From: Candidatus Poribacteria bacterium | Lineage (GTDB): Bacteria; Poribacteria; WGA-4E; WGA-3G | Assembly (NCBI GenBank): GCA_965242965.1 | Contig: OZ251518.1 | Span: 128,001-192,000, forward strand | Direction of reading: 5' to 3' | DNA length: 64,000 bases | Shown: positions 36,832 through 46,699 of the stretch, in pieces | Layout of the letters: each line of letters opens with the position of its first letter | Numbering within the stretch: position 1 is the stretch's first letter | Position numbers and translations under genes: made by a program | Notes under the pieces: generated by a model | Seen by the model: the letters and a program-made list of their open reading frames with translations, nothing else | Database searches by the model: none | Told to the model about the DNA's origin: nothing

Positions 36832-39800
36832 CTACTCAGCCTTCGCGCGTTTGATGACTACCAGCGTTAAATCATCATACTGCTCCGTTTCGCCGACAAA
36901 TTCGTGGACATCCTCAACGATGCGGTTAATTATCTCCTCTGCGGTGTAGTCTGCCGGCATGTCGGAGACTAACTCCATTAACCGCTCCGTGCCATACATC
37001 TCGTCCTCGGCATCAAGTGCCTCGATGATGCCATCGGTATGGAAGATGAAAGCATCCCCTTCTTCCAACGTGAAGGAAACGGCATCGTAACGTGCTCTAC
37101 GCATGCTGCCGAGCGGCAGATCGCTGCTCTCTATTTCTGTCGTCTCTGCGTCCCGTTTCAGGAGAGGATAAGGCTGTCCGCCGTTGGCGTAGTCGATTTT
37201 TCCACTATCAGGATCCAGCACGACGAGGTTCAACGCGATGAAACTCGGTCCGTAGAGTCGCGGTGCCAACCCGATGTTCAGTTCATGGAGAATGACATCT
37301 GCCTCGGAACGGAAGCGCGTGACTTCATAAAGCATGCCGTTCGTCAGCACTGCACTCATTGCGCCGCGCAACCCCTTGCCCGCGGCATCGGCGACAGCGA
37401 TGACGGTTTGTCCGTCAGCAACGGTGAGGTAATCGAAGAAGTCTCCGCCTACCTGTTTTGCGGGGACAGACATCCCGGCGACATCAAACCCTGGAATATC
37501 GGGTGCTTCCTCTGGCAGCAATGCCATTTGTATGGTTTGCGCTTCATCCAACTCGGCGCGAATACGCGCAATCTCCGCTTCTTCCTGTTTGCGCACCTCA
37601 GCTTGCAGCTGCATCGTGCGCCGCCGAGTCATGTAAAGGCGCACCAGCAAGGTGATGACTGCGGTGATGAAGATAAGCGTCGGCAGATAACTCCGCCATT
37701 TTGTCCAAAACGGCTGCGAGATGGTAACGTTTAACACCGCCGGGCGCTGCGTATACGGCGTGCCATCGCGCAGTGCTTTGATAAGAAACGTGTAAGTGCC
37801 GGATTTCAATCCCTCATAATGGACTTGCAATGCCCCTGCCGTGCTTTGCAACTGCTGCGTAATCCCACCGTAGGATGCCTGTTGATGCGTTTGGACAGAA
37901 GATGCCGCTGTATCTGTCAACTGCGCCGCGGTCTCCGCCGAAATGTCTGTCCACGCGTTCGTGTCTAAGCCGACTAACTTAAATTGATAGCCGAGTGCCT
38001 CTCGCAGCGGGCTGATGCCTTGGAAATCGATGGTGATAGCATCAGCGCGCGATGGAAGCGTCACACCCGAAATTTCATCTACATCACCGTAACCGGAAGG
38101 TTTGAGGTGACTCGCAACCCCCGGTCTTCTAGAAAGCGAGTAGGTTCTGTCCGCCTCAATAGACGCTAAACGACAGAACGGAAGTCCGCCGCGCTCCGGC
38201 GTATAGCGTGTAGCACCGCCTTCCGTCGCGAACCACATCTCCTTCTCTTTGGATTCGTAAACATGAGAGACGTTGTTATGCCGGAGTCCGTCCTTAGTCG
38301 TGATGACATAAAAGGTTTCGCCGTCATAGCGCACGACCCCACCGCCCCACGTGGCGAACCAGATATTACCCCAACTATCCTCCTTGACATCACGCACGTC
38401 GTCGACAAGAAACCCATCTTTCGCTGTCGCATAAGTCATGACGTTTTTGCCATCGTATTTGACGGCACCGTGCTCCGTTGCCAACCACAAATCGCCAGAC
38501 TTTGATGCCAGTCGCGCGCGGACAGGGGCAACGTCAATGTCACTGTTGGTGATGGGCACGGTTTCGTCATCGCTGATGCGGTAAGTCGTCAACTGTTTTT
38601 CAAAGAGGAAGGTTACTTCTTGGGATACCTCCAACGGGTTCATCCCTTCGCTGGCGTTCCGTGTTTGCCAGACTGCAACTGGGAGCGAACGCGCAGCATG
38701 CTCTGTTTCCACCCATCGCTCTTCATCGCTTTCTGTCCACATCCACCGCGTCAATTTCCCGGTAGCACTGCTGAAAAACCATTTGATTTCAAAATCGGAT
38801 GCGAAGGATTTGCCCAGCCTTTCAGGACTGCTGGTATGCACCAATGCGGCGGCGTTCAACGGCAAGATTTCCGGTTGTAGGTTGCGTCCGCCTGTTGCTG
38901 AATAACGCTTCACCTGTCCGTTGTCAAAGTGGCACCAAAGTCGGCCCAGCTTATCCGTGTGGAGAGACGTAATCGCCGAGGGTGCATGGCGCATCTCGCG
39001 AGTCTGCTGAAACAGAACCTTGACGAACCCTGCTTCCGGCGAGAGCCACTGCAACCCGGTTGCATCCGGTTTGAAGAGCCATCCGCCTAAAGCAAGCCAC
39101 GGTTTCTCGCCTTCGGACAGGAGCACCTCAACGTTACGCGTATTGAGTCTTTCGCCGCCGGGCCCGATTTCAACGGCGACAGAGAGAGAAACCTGGTCAA
39201 ATTTGCCGTTGGCATATCGGAAGAAGGTGTATCGCGTTGCATCGCGGCCGGGTGCCGGGCGGTTGATGAACCAGACATGCTCATCAACTTCAAAGATTTT
39301 GATAATCTCCGTGCGTCTTCTAAAGTTATTGAAACTTTCTGCGCGTCTTCTTCCGATTGCGTTCGCCGCTCTCCTCCGTCGCGGTTCACCCGATGTCTCT
39401 ATCCGCAATCGATGCGTTGATAGCGCGGTTATTCCCTCTTCAGCGAGTGCTTCGTCGGCTGTGGCGGCTGCGTCGTAAAGCGCGACACCACCGGGAATGC
39501 TAAACCAGAGTCGTCCGCGGCTATCCTCATACACGTGTCGGATGCTTTCCCCACCGATGCCGGCGCGGGTTGAATAATTCCTCATCGCCGGTCTGGGGTT
39601 GTAGGCAGTCACACCGTTATCGTGTCCAAACCAGAGCGTGCCGTCTATCGCCTCGAAAATAGAGAGAATCCGGTCGCTGCCGAGTCCATCATCGGCATAA
39701 TAGTCGGTTTGGACAAGGTCTGCATCGTATTGATGCGCGCCACGCTGGCCGGCAAACCAAAGATTCCCGGTTCTGTCTTCCATTGCGAGGAAGCCGCGCA

Positions 39801-40938
39801 GATATTCAGGACGTGCGCTGATATCCCCGTTAGTGGCGGTTCTAAGGGCCCGGAGGGTTGTTCCGTCCCACTGTCGGAGGCTGCCGCGGGCACTAAACCA
39901 GATTCTCCCTTTTGTGTCACTCTGAAGTGAAACCCGCCTGTCGGGAGGTGGTGGTGCTCCCGGCGTTTGAGGGGCTGCCTCGCCGCCGCGCTGCGCCCTA
40001 GGTGGTGGAGGAGCTTCCCCACGTCCCTCGCCTCTCCCGGGTCGCGTTCTCCTTGGATGGATGCGTTCAAAGGTTTCGCCTTGCATCCGGATGAGGAAAT
40101 TTTCTCCGCCAAACCAGAGCGTATCGGATGCATCCTGTGCGATGGCGTGAATTGCTGTGCCGTGTTGCAGTTCTGGTGCACTAACGCTGTCAAACGCCCG
40201 CGTCTCTCCAGTTTCACGATGAACGTTCAGCACTACTGCGTTCTCCCCATCGCTTCCACCGAGCCAGAGATATCCATCTCCGCTCTCAAATATCACGTTT
40301 ATCGTGAGGGGATTTTGCCATGAGGGCCGGTCTGGCCGCACTTTGGCTGCAACAGGGACGCTTCGCAGTTGCGGTGCCTGTTGCACGCCGGCGGTGGTAT
40401 ACTGCACCAGTTTTATGCCATCGCCGCCGGCTACCCAGATATCGCCGTGCCGGTCGGCGAGGAGCGCGTTCCCTGTAGTAATAGGTTCAAACAACGTGCC
40501 GTCAAACCGGGTCACGCGTCCTACAGCCTCAGTAGGGACGCGAGACAAGAACCAGATATGTCCCCATTTATCTTCGACGATATGTTGCGTATAACCGAGC
40601 AGCGCGCCTGGTGCAACGGCAGCTTCACGGGGAGGTGTCTGGCCGTCCGAACTCCAGTAGAAATAGAAGCCGCTCTCAGCCTGTTCATCTGTTGTGGTTC
40701 CCTCGCGTATTCCGACGTAGGCAACGAAGGTGTTTCCATCAAATCGGGTTACGCCGCCGCGGTTAGAACCGAACCAGAGTATGCCGCGGCTATCCTGAAA
40801 AATAACGGGGACAACGGGCGCGACCAGGCCGTCTGCAACCGTGTAGGTTTGCATCTGCTCTGCGTGGGTGGCAGTCCCCGTTGTGAGCAGGACGAGACAA
40901 ATTACCCAAATGGGTGCATGAATTGAAAATGTTTTCAT
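36832..40938 (-). CDS. Sensor PP2C phosphatase: beta-propeller (Reg_prop) repeats, YYY-like domain, TM helix, SpoIIE domain
   Basis: EDSRGRLWF/DGL repeats; VGGDFFD, VADAAGKG, TDGIIEA, DDLTLV. Confidence 0.9.
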   Translation of the reverse strand: MKTFSIHAPIWVICLVLLTTGTATHAEQMQTYTVADGLVAPVVPVIFQDSRGILWFGSNRGGVTRFDGNTFVAYVGIREGTTTDEQAESGFYFYWSSDGQTPPREAAVAPGALLGYTQHIVEDKWGHIWFLSRVPTEAVGRVTRFDGTLFEPITTGNALLADRHGDIWVAGGDGIKLVQYTTAGVQQAPQLRSVPVAAKVRPDRPSWQNPLTINVIFESGDGYLWLGGSDGENAVVLNVHRETGETRAFDSVSAPELQHGTAIHAIAQDASDTLWFGGENFLIRMQGETFERIHPRRTRPGRGEGRGEAPPPPRAQRGGEAAPQTPGAPPPPDRRVSLQSDTKGRIWFSARGSLRQWDGTTLRALRTATNGDISARPEYLRGFLAMEDRTGNLWFAGQRGAHQYDADLVQTDYYADDGLGSDRILSIFEAIDGTLWFGHDNGVTAYNPRPAMRNYSTRAGIGGESIRHVYEDSRGRLWFSIPGGVALYDAAATADEALAEEGITALSTHRLRIETSGEPRRRRAANAIGRRRAESFNNFRRRTEIIKIFEVDEHVWFINRPAPGRDATRYTFFRYANGKFDQVSLSVAVEIGPGGERLNTRNVEVLLSEGEKPWLALGGWLFKPDATGLQWLSPEAGFVKVLFQQTREMRHAPSAITSLHTDKLGRLWCHFDNGQVKRYSATGGRNLQPEILPLNAAALVHTSSPERLGKSFASDFEIKWFFSSATGKLTRWMWTESDEERWVETEHAARSLPVAVWQTRNASEGMNPLEVSQEVTFLFEKQLTTYRISDDETVPITNSDIDVAPVRARLASKSGDLWLATEHGAVKYDGKNVMTYATAKDGFLVDDVRDVKEDSWGNIWFATWGGGVVRYDGETFYVITTKDGLRHNNVSHVYESKEKEMWFATEGGATRYTPERGGLPFCRLASIEADRTYSLSRRPGVASHLKPSGYGDVDEISGVTLPSRADAITIDFQGISPLREALGYQFKLVGLDTNAWTDISAETAAQLTDTAASSVQTHQQASYGGITQQLQSTAGALQVHYEGLKSGTYTFLIKALRDGTPYTQRPAVLNVTISQPFWTKWRSYLPTLIFITAVITLLVRLYMTRRRTMQLQAEVRKQEEAEIARIRAELDEAQTIQMALLPEEAPDIPGFDVAGMSVPAKQVGGDFFDYLTVADGQTVIAVADAAGKGLRGAMSAVLTNGMLYEVTRFRSEADVILHELNIGLAPRLYGPSFIALNLVVLDPDSGKIDYANGGQPYPLLKRDAETTEIESSDLPLGSMRRARYDAVSFTLEEGDAFIFHTDGIIEALDAEDEMYGTERLMELVSDMPADYTAEEIINRIVEDVHEFVGETEQYDDLTLVVIKRAKAE

Positions 40939-41003
40939 AAGTTCCTCGCTCCCGAAAACCGTTCCCGGTGCGTCCGGCACGGATTCGTTTTCGTGTTTAT
41001 CCT

Positions 41004-42173
41004 TTACAGATTTGAAATGCGCGATATTGCCTCTGAAATTACCGCGTCCGGATAGGTGAGGGAGATGCGGAAGTATCCCTCACTCCATTGTCCATAGCCG
41101 AGTCCGGGCGTGACGACAACTCCCGCTTCTTCGAGAAGTGCAGTAGCGAATGCCCGACTTGAGCCGTTAAATCGCGGCGGGACCGGTGCCCACACATACA
41201 TCGTCGCCTTTGGCGTTTCAATGTTCCATCCGTTTTGCCGCAGGCCATCGACGACGATATCGCGGCGTTTCTGATAGACAGCGTTCAGTGCTGGCGTGAT
41301 TTCATCCGCGAGTGAGAGTGCCTTCGCGCCCGCGAATTGAAGCGCGCGGAGGCAGCCGTTATCAATATTGTCTTTCACCAATGTCACCGCTTCAACCGCG
41401 GTTCGGTTGCCAGCGACGAATCCCAATCTCCACCCTGTCATATTAAACGCTTTGCTCAGCGAGAAGAATTCCACGGCGACTTCGTCGGCACCGTCAACTT
41501 GCAAGATGCTCGGTGAGCGGTAGCCATCGTAGGTATTTTCGCTATAGGCGTTGTCGTGCGCGATGAGGATATCGTTCTGCCTGCCGAATTCCACGGCGCG
41601 GGCGAAAAAGTCCAAATCGGCGGTAGCTGTCGTCGGGTTGTTTGGATAGTTAATCCACAGCACCTTCGCGAGGCGTTTTACCTCATCGGGGATTGCGTCA
41701 AAGTCAACGTAGAAATCGTTTTCGCGGCGTAGCGGCGCGTAGTAAGTCGTCGCACTGGCGAAGACGTGGCCGATGTTGTAAGTCGGGTAGCCTGGGCTCG
41801 CCGCGATGCCGATATCGCCGGGGTTGAGCAGCCCCAATGCCATTTTGACGATGGCATCTTTGCTGCCGAGCGTTGTGACTACTTGTTCTTCTGCCAGCAA
41901 AACGCCGAAACGGTGTTGATAGAAATCGCGCACCGCCTGCGGAAAATCCGCGACCGGATTGTCGCATCCGTAGCGGTGTCTGTCTGCATCGGTGACATCT
42001 TGCACCGCGCTGCAGAGTGCTGCCACAACCGGGTCGGGTGTAGGCAAATCCGGGTCCCCGATACCGAGGCTAATGACATCAACACCGCGCGCTTTCGCCG
42101 CCGCCATTTTCTGCCGCAAATCTACGAAAAGATAGGGTGGAAGTTTTTGTAAACGTTCTGCAAATGTTATCAA
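41004..42173 (-). CDS. dapL: LL-diaminopimelate aminotransferase (class I/II PLP enzyme)
   Basis: LPPYLF, LGIGDPD, NYPNNPT, HDNAYSE, SLSKAFNMTGWRLG. Confidence 0.75.
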   Translation of the reverse strand: MITFAERLQKLPPYLFVDLRQKMAAAKARGVDVISLGIGDPDLPTPDPVVAALCSAVQDVTDADRHRYGCDNPVADFPQAVRDFYQHRFGVLLAEEQVVTTLGSKDAIVKMALGLLNPGDIGIAASPGYPTYNIGHVFASATTYYAPLRRENDFYVDFDAIPDEVKRLAKVLWINYPNNPTTATADLDFFARAVEFGRQNDILIAHDNAYSENTYDGYRSPSILQVDGADEVAVEFFSLSKAFNMTGWRLGFVAGNRTAVEAVTLVKDNIDNGCLRALQFAGAKALSLADEITPALNAVYQKRRDIVVDGLRQNGWNIETPKATMYVWAPVPPRFNGSSRAFATALLEEAGVVVTPGLGYGQWSEGYFRISLTYPDAVISEAISRISNL

Positions 42174-42251
42174 ATTGTTTGTCCTCGTTTTTTGCGCGCT
42201 TCCAAAGCGTGCCCCGCGTAGGGACAGTTTGAAACCGTGCTTACTTTAACT

Positions 42252-42639
42252 GAGGGTGTTTCATAAATGGCTCAACGTCGCGGGGGACAGGCCCCCGCGC
42301 TACGGTGAAAAAAACGCCGCCCCTTCACGTAGGGCGAGGGCCTGTCCCTCGCCATCGTTTTGGTGTCAGACTGCATCACTCCTGTAGGTCAAGATCGCCT
42401 GATCCTGACCCGTTCGGGAGCGGGTGCTCCCGAACTACAGAGGTGGGCCCGATGCGCCTCCCCATCGCTTTTCTATCGGTATTCGCCCTCCCCGCAAGGG
42501 AGGAAACGGATTTATGAAACTTGACGATGACGATCGCGGGGGACAGGCCCCCGCGCTACGGGCACATCGAGACCGGGAGGTGGAAATCGAGCCCCGAGGT
42601 CTCTCCTACCGGGAAATCATCGATTTATGAAACACCCTC
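42252..42639. mobile_element. MITE-like TIR element with REP cargo, 9-bp TSD
   Basis: Perfect 17-bp TIRs GAGGGTGTTTCATAAAT; ACTTTAACT at 42243-42251 and 42640-42648. Confidence 0.92.
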
Positions 42640-43381
42640 ACTTTAACTGAAGAATTGCCTGCTGCGTCTCGTTCAACCCCTCCATCACGTTTGAACTGAA
42701 ATGCAACCCCTGACCGCCCCAATCCGGCATGTAGCCGATGCTGTAGCAATAATAAAGCGTTCGGCGCGGTTTGCCAGAGACGTTGGTGACAGAACCGTGC
42801 GTGAGTGCTTCCGTGAAGATGATGGCATCGCCAGCTTCCGCAGGAATCGGCGTAAGCACCGGGTTCTCGTCCGGATGATTTCCCCACGGTTTGGGAAAAT
42901 TGCTCTTATGCGCGCCGGGAATGGCGGCGAAGCATCCATCCTCTACATCACAATCCAGCATTGGGAAAACCGCTTTCGTCAGCGTGGATACCATCTGTCC
43001 GTTCTTGCAGTGATATTGGCACTTCGGAATAATCGGCGTGCCGTGCATGTGCAAGCCGGTATAGCCGCCGCCCCACCGATAAATCGTGTAGGTATGATTG
43101 AGGCGATACGGCCCACCTGTCACGCCTTCAACTACCTCAAGCACCTCCGGAATGTCAATCAGCGCGTTGAAAACGCTGTCCGCCTCTAAGATGTTGGAGA
43201 TGTAGAGCTCCTTCTCCGTGCGTTGCGTGCCGAGGCACAACGGCGGCGGATAGTCGTCCGGCGGCATCTCCTCAAACGTGTCAAGGACGCGATTGCACGC
43301 ATCAATCACGTCAGGCGGTATGATACGTTTTAACACAATATAGCCTTGCAAGTCAAACAAATATTTTTGTTCGTCTGTCAT
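42638..43381 (-). CDS. Phytanoyl-CoA dioxygenase (PhyH) family protein
   Basis: FDLQGYIVL, IPGAHK, AGDAIIFTEALTHGS, RRTL; start at MTDEQKY. Confidence 0.85.
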   Translation of the reverse strand: MTDEQKYLFDLQGYIVLKRIIPPDVIDACNRVLDTFEEMPPDDYPPPLCLGTQRTEKELYISNILEADSVFNALIDIPEVLEVVEGVTGGPYRLNHTYTIYRWGGGYTGLHMHGTPIIPKCQYHCKNGQMVSTLTKAVFPMLDCDVEDGCFAAIPGAHKSNFPKPWGNHPDENPVLTPIPAEAGDAIIFTEALTHGSVTNVSGKPRRTLYYCYSIGYMPDWGGQGLHFSSNVMEGLNETQQAILQLK

Positions 43382-43405
43382 TTGCCAATTTCTCCTCTTT
43401 TTTCG

Positions 43406-43515
43406 GGTAGGAGAGACCTCCCGGTCTCGATTCCTCCCTCCAGTCCCGATTCCTCCCTCCCGGTCTCGATGCCTCTCTCCCGGTCCCAATTCTCTCTCCC
43501 GGGCCCGATTCCCTT
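43406..43515. repeat. Degenerate tandem family-B REP fragments
   Basis: GTAGGAGAGACCTCCCGGTCTCGAT followed by repeated CTCCCGGTC(T/C)CGAT pieces. Confidence 0.7.
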
Positions 43516-43517
43516 CC

Positions 43518-45140
43518 CTACAAATCCAAAAGCGTCTGCGCTGTCCGGTCTTTGTAGGGATCGACGAGGGGCGGCAGATTCGGGCGTGTGCCGTGCGCGT
43601 AGAATTCTTGGATGGACCAGAATTGCAAGCGCGGATACGTCGCATTCCCAATAGTAATCCTGCCGAACTTGCCAGCCGTCGCATGGACACTACTCCGCTT
43701 GCCGATAGGCCGCAGCGTAATGAATACACCACACGCCGCGTTCCGATCTGTCAGCGTATAACAGAACCGCTCTACAGCAGCGGCGTAACTCCGCGTTTTC
43801 CCACCCTTCACTTGCGCCAGAGTGAGTGCGGTGTATCCTTCCTCCGGTGTCGCCACCAAGACACCTTGGCCATCAACGCCGCTGTCACCGGTCTGCCGGA
43901 CGTTCGGCATCATCCCGGTTTGCCACACAGCCCACTTCTCAAACTGGAACGGATTCGTCTGTGCGAGGCGTTCAGCCGAGTCGAAATCGGTGGGGATGCC
44001 TTTTATCGGCAGCGCGGGATACTTTCCAGCGAACCGCACGTTGTTGACAAGATCCAGCGCGAACATCGAGACATCTATGCCGACAACCTGTCTGCCGAGT
44101 TTCAAACCGGCTTCCATCGTCGTGCCGCAACCACAAAACGGATCGAGGATAAGTTCCCCTTCGTTTGAGGACATAGTCACAATGCGTTCAAGTAACGCCA
44201 ACGGTTTCTGCGTCGGGTAGCCGAGAGTCTCTCGACTCCTCGGTCCTAACGGGCCAATATCTCCCCAAAAGTTATCAAGGAGTATGCCTTTGTCCTCATC
44301 CATGTAACGGATGCGGGAAGGGGTTCCCTTTTCGCTGAAGTAGACGCGTCCCTGTTGATAGAGTTGTTCAAGGTTCTCCTTTGTCACGCGCCATCCACTG
44401 GGGTGCGGATTGGTATAGCCGCGCCACTCGTAGCAGAGGCTGGGACGTGGGCCCATGCGTCGACCGCTCCAGAGAGGCGTTAACGCGAACCGTCTCCCTT
44501 TTTCATCAACCTTGGGATAACGTTCAGCGACATCCGGGTCCGGGACATAAATCCCGTTGAATCGATGTTTCGGCATACCGTAAGACAGAATGTAATCGGT
44601 ACTCCTTCCGAGTCTCCTCGGCGCGAATTGATTGCCTTTTGCCTTGCCGCCGGTCCGGTGCCACGCAATACCGCATTGGAAATTCTCCGGACCGAATATG
44701 GTATCCATGAGCACTTTAAGGTGGTAGCCCGCGGTTTCGTCACAGTGGAGGTAGATGGCCCCTGCCGGTTTGAGGACTCGCTTCATTTCGGTGAGCCGCT
44801 CTGCCATATAGATGAGATACGCCGCCATACCGGAACGTTCCGGAACAGCACGGATAGCCCGTAGCGCGGGATGTTTGTCCCTCACCATGCGCCTAAGGCG
44901 TTGCTCCGCCTCGGCTCCCCATGTCCACATATCGGTGAATGCGTCCAGTTGCGCCTTCTGTTTACTGGCATCTTCGCCCCAAAGCACGGAATAAGTCGCC
45001 TTGGAATTGAACGGCGGATCGCCGTAGACGGTATCCACGGATGCATCCTGCCAGTGTCCCATCACCTCAAAACAATCGCCGTAGTAGAGGTGATTAGGCG
45101 CAAGTGCCAAGTCTAATGTGAGAGGTGTATTAAAATGCAT
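43518..45140 (-). CDS. Beta-class DNA methyltransferase with C-terminal Mrr-like domain
   Basis: DPPF, YPTQKP, DPFCGCGT; DSGVDG...AQVKGG; AGGAGA RBS before MHFNTP. Confidence 0.9.
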   Translation of the reverse strand: MHFNTPLTLDLALAPNHLYYGDCFEVMGHWQDASVDTVYGDPPFNSKATYSVLWGEDASKQKAQLDAFTDMWTWGAEAEQRLRRMVRDKHPALRAIRAVPERSGMAAYLIYMAERLTEMKRVLKPAGAIYLHCDETAGYHLKVLMDTIFGPENFQCGIAWHRTGGKAKGNQFAPRRLGRSTDYILSYGMPKHRFNGIYVPDPDVAERYPKVDEKGRRFALTPLWSGRRMGPRPSLCYEWRGYTNPHPSGWRVTKENLEQLYQQGRVYFSEKGTPSRIRYMDEDKGILLDNFWGDIGPLGPRSRETLGYPTQKPLALLERIVTMSSNEGELILDPFCGCGTTMEAGLKLGRQVVGIDVSMFALDLVNNVRFAGKYPALPIKGIPTDFDSAERLAQTNPFQFEKWAVWQTGMMPNVRQTGDSGVDGQGVLVATPEEGYTALTLAQVKGGKTRSYAAAVERFCYTLTDRNAACGVFITLRPIGKRSSVHATAGKFGRITIGNATYPRLQFWSIQEFYAHGTRPNLPPLVDPYKDRTAQTLLDL

Positions 45141-45154
45141 GCATTCTCCTTTAA

Positions 45155-46663
45155 TTAATGTGATAGATTTAAGAGCGTCTGCGCCGTCCGGTCTTTGTAG
45201 GGATCGACGAGAGGTGGCAGATTCGGGCGCGTGCCGTGCGCGTAAAATTCTTGGACGGACCAGAATTGCAAGCGCGGATACGTCGCATTGCCGACGGTGA
45301 TAGTGCCGAGTCGAGCCGCTGGCGCGTGGACACGGCTCCGTTTGCCGATAGGCCGCAGCGTAATGAATACGCCACACGCCGCGTTATTGTCGTTCAGAAC
45401 ATGACAAAACGCCTCAACGTCGGAGGTGTAACTTCGCGATTTGCCACCTTTGACTTGGGCGTAGGCGAACTCTGTCCACTCCCTTTCCGCGTCATCGCCG
45501 GCACCTGATGTAACCGTCGGCTTGTTGAGGAGTATCCCTTTCCCATCAATGCCGCCATCGTTCGTCTGCTTGACACTCGGCATCATGCCGGTTTGCCAGA
45601 CAGCCCACTTCTGGAATTCAAACGGCTTCGTCTGCGCGAGTCGTTCGGCAGATTCAAAATCTGTCGGTATCCCCTTAATTGGCAACGGTGGGTATTTTCC
45701 CGCGAACCGCACGTTGTTGACGACATCTAAAGCGAACACGGAGATGTCAATGCCGACAACCTGTCTGCCGAGTTTCAAACCGGCTTCCATCGTCGTGCCG
45801 CAGCCGCAAAACGGATCCAGCACGATGTCGCCTTCGTTGGATGATGCCTTAATCAGCATCTCCAGCAGTGCCAGCGGTTTCTGCGTCGGGTAGCCGAGGC
45901 GTTCTTTGCTCGTTGATGCCAGCACGGGGACATCAATCACGTCACCTTGAAGTTTGCCTTTCGGATAGGTTTTCCCGTAGTAGACTTCGCCGTTCGCGCG
46001 CCGCCTTTTGACAAGCGCGTATTTGTTCCCCTCGTCGTCTATTTTGTTGTAACGTTTCAAATCGGTGTCTCGGTATTCGCCGAAGACATCGTTCCATGTG
46101 TAGGTGCCGCTCTTGGTATAGAAAAGCACGGTTTCGTGTTCCTGCTGATACCTATTTTTGCGTGGCGTGCCGCGATACCCCTTGAACCACACGATCTCTC
46201 CCCTGAAGTTTTGCGGGCCGAAGATGCAATCTAAAAGCATTTTGAGATAGTGGTTTGCTGTCTCATCGCAATGCAGATAGAGCGTGCCTGTCGGTTTCAA
46301 GATGCGTTTCATTTCGGTTAACCGCTCTGCCATATACGTCAAATAGGACAGCATGCCGGTTCTACCGGGATATGTCAGCACGGCGCGAATTACGCGCTCA
46401 GCGGGATGCCCAGGGCGAAGCAAGGTTTCCAGACGCTTCTCTGCCTCCGGCCCCCAGTGCCACATATCGGTGAAAGCGGCCAACTGCGCGCTCTGTTTGC
46501 CAGTGTCTTTCCCCCACAAAATGGAGTAAGTCGCCTTGGAATTGAACGGCGGATCTCCGTAGATAGCATCCACTGATTCATCTGGCCAATGTCCCATCAC
46601 CTCAAAGCAATCACCGTAATAGAGATGGTTGGGGGCAAGTGCCAAGTCTAACGTTAAACTCAT
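45155..46663 (-). CDS. Beta-class DNA methyltransferase with C-terminal Mrr-like domain (tandem paralog)
   Basis: DPPF, YPTQKP, DPFCGCGT; DGGIDG...AQVKGG. Confidence 0.9.
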   Translation of the reverse strand: MSLTLDLALAPNHLYYGDCFEVMGHWPDESVDAIYGDPPFNSKATYSILWGKDTGKQSAQLAAFTDMWHWGPEAEKRLETLLRPGHPAERVIRAVLTYPGRTGMLSYLTYMAERLTEMKRILKPTGTLYLHCDETANHYLKMLLDCIFGPQNFRGEIVWFKGYRGTPRKNRYQQEHETVLFYTKSGTYTWNDVFGEYRDTDLKRYNKIDDEGNKYALVKRRRANGEVYYGKTYPKGKLQGDVIDVPVLASTSKERLGYPTQKPLALLEMLIKASSNEGDIVLDPFCGCGTTMEAGLKLGRQVVGIDISVFALDVVNNVRFAGKYPPLPIKGIPTDFESAERLAQTKPFEFQKWAVWQTGMMPSVKQTNDGGIDGKGILLNKPTVTSGAGDDAEREWTEFAYAQVKGGKSRSYTSDVEAFCHVLNDNNAACGVFITLRPIGKRSRVHAPAARLGTITVGNATYPRLQFWSVQEFYAHGTRPNLPPLVDPYKDRTAQTLLNLSH

Positions 46664-46699
46664 GAGTTCTCCTTTCAGGCATCCCAGTGAAATGACAGA

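Noticed and set aside
43382-43732. Extended 5' ends of PhyH, the MTase (to 45377) and the BNR protein (to 48886) in the ORF track
   Set aside because: They overlap upstream genes or repeats, and downstream starts fit the RBS and family N-termini better
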